NCBI GenBank assembly: GCA_964419335.1
Contig: CAYQOX010000001.1
Coordinates: forward strand, 200,654 to 264,653
Length of the DNA: 64,000 bases
Source: an uncultured bacterium
Lineage (GTDB): Bacteria; Hinthialibacterota; Hinthialibacteria; Hinthialibacterales; Hinthialibacteraceae
Reading direction: 5' to 3'
The translations under genes and the position numbers were made by a program. The notes under the pieces were generated by a model. That model saw only the letters and a list, made by a program, of their open reading frames with translations, did no database searches and was not told the DNA's origin. This document shows positions 59,705 to 64,000 of the stretch, in pieces. Within the stretch, counting starts at the first letter, position 1. Every line of letters starts with the position of its first letter.

Positions 59705-61161
59705 AGAAATTGCTAATGAATCTTGTTGGTTTTGCACTCATTACTGTAGGCGCGGGTTATGCCTTTTATCATACCCAGTCCATAAGTGTTTCGGCTATTG
59801 AGGAAGGCCATGAAGGTCATGATTATGGTGAAGAAATTCACGTGGAAAAAGAAACCATATCCCCCGAGGAGCGTGATCCAAACCGTTTGTGGTGTCGTGA
59901 GCATGGAGTTTATGAGGACGAATGTTCTCTATGTCATCCCGAACTTGCTTCTGAAGATGAAGGAGAGCATGAGGATCATGAGGGACATGATCCCAGTGCA
60001 GATGAGGGGCTCTTTTGCGCAGAACATCAGGTTATGGAAGAAGAATGCGGTATTTGCCAACCCCAACTGGCGGAATCTCTTACCCCTGGGGAAGGAATGC
60101 TGATTCGTCTTCCTTCTCTCATTTCCAGTAGGCAAGCAGGGATACAAACCGGGCGCCCTCTTCCGGGATCGCTTCAAAATGGTAATTCTTATTTATGTGA
60201 AGTGGTCTTTAACGAAAACCGGATTGCCCATATTTCACCGTTAGCTAAAGGGGTGATTCAAGAAGTTTATGTTTCACTGGGCGATGAAGTAGAGAAGGGC
60301 CAAATCCTGATGGAGGTGGCTTCGACGGAAGTGGCTAAGGCTAAAAGTGATTATTTAAATGCTCTGAATCAGGAAGAATTGAAACGCCTGGCTTATGAAC
60401 GTGAGAAGCAGCTTCAAGATAAAGAGATCGCTGCCAAGCAGGATTTTCATCAAGCGAAGACCGAGTATGAAGTGGCTCAAACCGAAACGATGACGACTCG
60501 TCAACAGTTATTGAATTATGGCTTAACTGAAGAAGGCATCGAATTTGTACGTACTCAGCGCTCGACTACTTCAACCTTAAAACTGCGTGCCCCTTTCTCG
60601 GGAAGAATCGTTAATAAACATGCCGTATTGGGAGAGGCGGTCGATGTTGGTCAAACGGTGTTTGAACTCGTGGATTTATCCAGCATGTGGCTCACCCTTA
60701 ACATCCCGGAAGTGCAAATAGAACATGTGAATCTTGGAGATCCAGTCCAAGCGACTTTCTCAACACTCCCCAATCAAACTGTTGGTGGTGAGTTGACATG
60801 GATATCTTCCTCCATTAATGAGAAAACCCGCATGTTAACAGTGCGGGCGGAAGTGGAAAATCCCGAGAGAAAACTTAAACAAGGCTTGTTCGGAAAAGCA
60901 CGAATTGTAGAGCCGACTCGTGATCATATATTGGTTCCCCAAAACGCGGTACAGAATGTTGATGGTAAGCCCTACGTTTTTGTAAAGCGTGAGGAAGATT
61001 TATTTGAGCTTCGGCATATTGTGGCCGGCAATCATTTTGATCAACAAATAGAAATCCATGAAGGGTTGTCCTCCCAAGAAGAGATTACGATCGCAGGTAG
61101 TTTTGTTTTGAAATCGGAATTCTTGAAATCACGTTTTGGTGCAGGATGCGCTGAACATTAA
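59701..61161 (+). CDS. czcB: Efflux RND periplasmic adaptor (CzcB/CusB-like) with Cys/His/Glu-rich N-terminal metal-binding extension
   Basis: N-terminal membrane anchor, about 90-aa acidic His/Cys-rich insert with two CxEHxVxEEECxxCxPxL repeats, then biotinyl-lipoyl-like, beta-barrel and membrane-proximal MFP domains. ATGA overlap with czcC. Confidence 0.8.
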   Translation: MKKLLMNLVGFALITVGAGYAFYHTQSISVSAIEEGHEGHDYGEEIHVEKETISPEERDPNRLWCREHGVYEDECSLCHPELASEDEGEHEDHEGHDPSADEGLFCAEHQVMEEECGICQPQLAESLTPGEGMLIRLPSLISSRQAGIQTGRPLPGSLQNGNSYLCEVVFNENRIAHISPLAKGVIQEVYVSLGDEVEKGQILMEVASTEVAKAKSDYLNALNQEELKRLAYEREKQLQDKEIAAKQDFHQAKTEYEVAQTETMTTRQQLLNYGLTEEGIEFVRTQRSTTSTLKLRAPFSGRIVNKHAVLGEAVDVGQTVFELVDLSSMWLTLNIPEVQIEHVNLGDPVQATFSTLPNQTVGGELTWISSSINEKTRMLTVRAEVENPERKLKQGLFGKARIVEPTRDHILVPQNAVQNVDGKPYVFVKREEDLFELRHIVAGNHFDQQIEIHEGLSSQEEITIAGSFVLKSEFLKSRFGAGCAEH

Positions 61162-61172
61162 TCGAGGAAGAT

Positions 61173-64000
61173 ATGCTACACGCTCTTGTTGAATTTACCT
61201 TAAGAAACCGTCTCGCGATTTTGCTGATATTCGGCTTGCTTATTGGTTTGGGAATTATGACGTTGATGCGGCTGCCCATCGACGCGTTTCCTGATACAAC
61301 TCCGGTGCAAGTTCAGATTAACACGGTAGCCCCCGCTTTGAATCCTGTAGAAATCGAACAGCAAGTCACGATCAATATAGAATTGGCGGTCGCAGGGATC
61401 CCCGGATTGGAGGAAGTTCGATCCATTTCGAAATTCGGCTTATCCCAAGTCGTGGCCACTTTTTCGGATAATACTTCGGTTTATGATGCTCGCCAATTCA
61501 TCATGGAACGCCTGGCCAGTGTAGAATTACCCGAGGGGTTACGCCCTCCTGAATTAGGGCCCTTGTCGACAGGTTTAGGAGAAGTGTTTCATTACACGGT
61601 GCAATCGACCGACCCCAATCGAAGCCTTGATGAACTACGGGTGATTCAGGATTGGATCATTAAACCTGAATTGAGCAAAGTACCCGGCGTGGCTGAAATT
61701 AACTCATGGGGTGGTTTGGAGCGGCAATATCATGTCATTGTCTCGCCAGAGCCGTTGGTGAAATACGATCTCACCTTTGATGAGGTTTTCACCGCCTTGG
61801 AAGACAACAATCGCAATGTGGGTGGGGGGCAAGTGGTGACCGCGGGTGAGGCAAAATTAGTCCACGGGTTGGGGCGTGTTTCTACTCTCGAAGAAATCGG
61901 GAATATTGTCATCAAGTCTTATAAGGGATCGCCCGTCAAAGTCAAAGACATTGCCGATATTTCAATCGGACATGAAATACGCAGGGGGGCGGTTACGGCT
62001 CAAGGGGAGGGAGAAGTGGTCCTTGGCTTAGGATTTATGCTTCTAGGGGAAAACAGTCAAGTCGTTACCTCGAAGTTAAGTGAGAAGTTAAATGAAACCA
62101 AAAGGCTTTGCCCCAAGATGTTCAGGTAGAAACAGTGTACGACAGGACAAACTTGGTGGAAGAAGTCATCAATACGGTGAAACATAATTTATCCATGGGA
62201 GCCATCCTGGTCATTTTGGTCCTCTTTGTCTTGTTGGGGAATCTTCGTGCGGGGATTTTGGTGGCGATAGCAATTCCCATCGCGATGATTTTTGCGGTGT
62301 TGGGGATGTATTCAATGTCCATCGCGGCAAGTTTGCTAAGTTTGGGGGCGATCGACTTTGGTATATTGATCGATGGTTCGGTGGTGACCACAGAAAGCAA
62401 TATGCGGAAAATTGCGTCCAGGCAAAAACAATTAGGACGAAAGTTGACCTCAGCAGAACGAATTCAATCTATTGTTGAATCGACCCAAGAGGTTGTACGT
62501 CCTATCCTCTTCGGGATGAGCATCATCATATTGGTGTTTTTACCGATTTTGACGTTGCAAAGCGTCGAAGGAAAGATGTTTCGCCCCATGGCCTGGACCT
62601 TCATTTTTGCCTTGATTGGAGGGTTGTTGATCGCTCTCTTTTTATCGCCGATTCTTTCTTATTACCTGCTTCCTCGACGCTATTCTGAAAAAGAACGCTG
62701 GTTTGACCGTTTCTTACATCGCATTTATGGCGTGATCTTGCGAATTGCTTTTCAGGGGAAGGCTTTGTTGTTGTATGCCGTGATTCTTCTCCTTGGCTTG
62801 ACGATTTTTATAGCCTCACGTTTGGGGGGAGAATTTATCCCACGCTTGAGTGAGGGAGCGATCGTGATTAATGTGGTACGATTGGCGGGTGTTGATATTG
62901 ATGAAGCGATGAAATCCAATACACGTCTCGAGCAAATTCTCTTGGAAAACTTTCCCGATGAAATTCGTTATGTATGGAGCCGGGTAGGAACTGCAGAAAC
63001 CGCGACGGATCCGATGGGGATAGAATTGACGGATATCTATTTCGATTTATATCCCCGCGAGCAATGGGAAAAAGCTAAAACTCAAGATGAACTTGTGGAG
63101 AAAATTCAAAGTACATTATCGGGGTTTCCCGGAATTAATATGGCGTTTACCCAGCCTATTGAACTGCGTTTTAATGAATTGATCAGCGGAATTCGTTCTG
63201 ATATTGGTATAAAAATATTTGGAGAAGATTTGGATGAGTTGGTGCGGCTTAGTGAGGAGGTGCAGCAAGTTCTGACTAACATTGATGGTGCTGCTGATAT
63301 CGCGGGCGAGCAAGTAACCGGGCAGCCCAATTTGAAAATCCAAGTCGATCAAGATCAAATTGCCCGCTATGGAATTCCTGCGAAGAATATATTGGACGTC
63401 ATTGAATCGGTGGGGTATCGCCAAGCGGGAGAAATATATGAAGGGCAGCGTAATTTTCCCTTAGTTATGCGATTGCCGGATGAGCAGCGAACGGATGTAA
63501 ATGTATTGGCGAATACGCTAATTCCAACGGATGTCGGTTCTGTGTTGCCATTGAAATCAGTCGCAAAAATCAATGAAGTCGGTGGCCCCTCTCAAATCAA
63601 TCGGGAGTGGGGGCGCCGTCTTATTCGAGTGCAATGCAACGTGCGTGGTAGAGATGTTGGCTCTTTTGTGGATGAAGCGCGCCGGGCGATCTCAGAACAA
63701 GTGCAGTTGCCAGAAGGTTATGTCATCAACTGGGGTGGACAGTTTGAAAACTTAGAACGCTCAAAGCGGCGTTTTATGATTGTTGTACCTCTTACCCTGC
63801 TTTTGATCTTTGTATTATTGTATTTTAGCCTCAACCGCTTACGGGATGTACTTATCATTTATACAGGTATCCCTTTAGCCGCGATTGGCGGTATCTTTGC
63901 ATTATGGGTGCGGGAGATTCCGTTTAGCGTGAGTGCGGCCATTGGCTTTATCGCGTTAAGTGGAATTGCGGTATTGAATGGGCAGGTGTTAGTGGCCGCC
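61173..64000 (+). pseudogene. czcA: Heavy-metal efflux RND transporter CzcA/CusA family, interrupted by a -1 frameshift at an A4 run (62100-62103); partial at window end
   Basis: Frame 0 ORF 61173..62129 encodes the N-terminal 310 aa (MLHALVEFTLRNRLAIL...VVTSKLSEKLNETK) and then hits TAG. Translation from 62102 in frame 2 continues the family sequence (KALPQDVQVETVYDRTNLVEEVINTVKHNLSMGAILVIL...) without stops to base 64000. Confidence 0.6.

Overview
This 64 kb window reads as ordinary chromosomal DNA from a Gram-negative bacterium. Lipid A/Kdo genes are present (waaA, lpxK). Tat-exported Gfo/Idh/MocA oxidoreductases, a CRTAC1/ASPIC-UnbV protein and a long acidic RpsA tail are reminiscent of the PVC superphylum; this is inference only. 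Coding density is high (about 55 CDS). I found no rRNA, tRNA, CRISPR array, transposase or integrase. Recognisable content: a SAM methyltransferase, three Gfo/Idh/MocA paralogs (two with twin-arginine signals), gmd, an orphan pntAA, pterin-4a-carbinolamine dehydratase, a rhodanese, an unusual MBL-fold/D-2-hydroxyacid-dehydrogenase fusion, a class I/II aminotransferase, a secreted triple-YHS metal-binding protein, sdhCAB (b558 type), rarA-birA, a secreted-protein operon (GATase1-like, CRTAC1, TPR), UDP-xylose synthase and two other SDR epimerases, obg-proB, rpsA, plsC, a tandem ABC-2 permease, a compact msrP-pduO-gfo-hypF-hypC-hypD-hypE string with no hydrogenase structural genes or hypAB in the window, polX, an LPS-core cluster (GT4-waaA-lpxK) ending in an archaeal-type ADP-dependent sugar kinase, and a czcCBA metal-efflux operon whose czcA is interrupted by a -1 frameshift in an A4 run. 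The most novel-looking locus is an AT-rich islet at 54.0-56.2 kb. It carries a near-consensus TTGACA-16-TATAAT promoter, an AAGGAG ribosome-binding site and an intrinsic terminator bracketing a 555-aa basic, helical orphan protein with no family I can recognise. Other points worth follow-up: the small acidic membrane-anchored ORF translationally coupled to hypE, the duplicated Cys/His/Glu-rich N-terminal module of CzcB, and the signal-peptide-bearing MBL-2HADH fusion. All calls rest on reading the translations and sequence by eye; no database searches were run.
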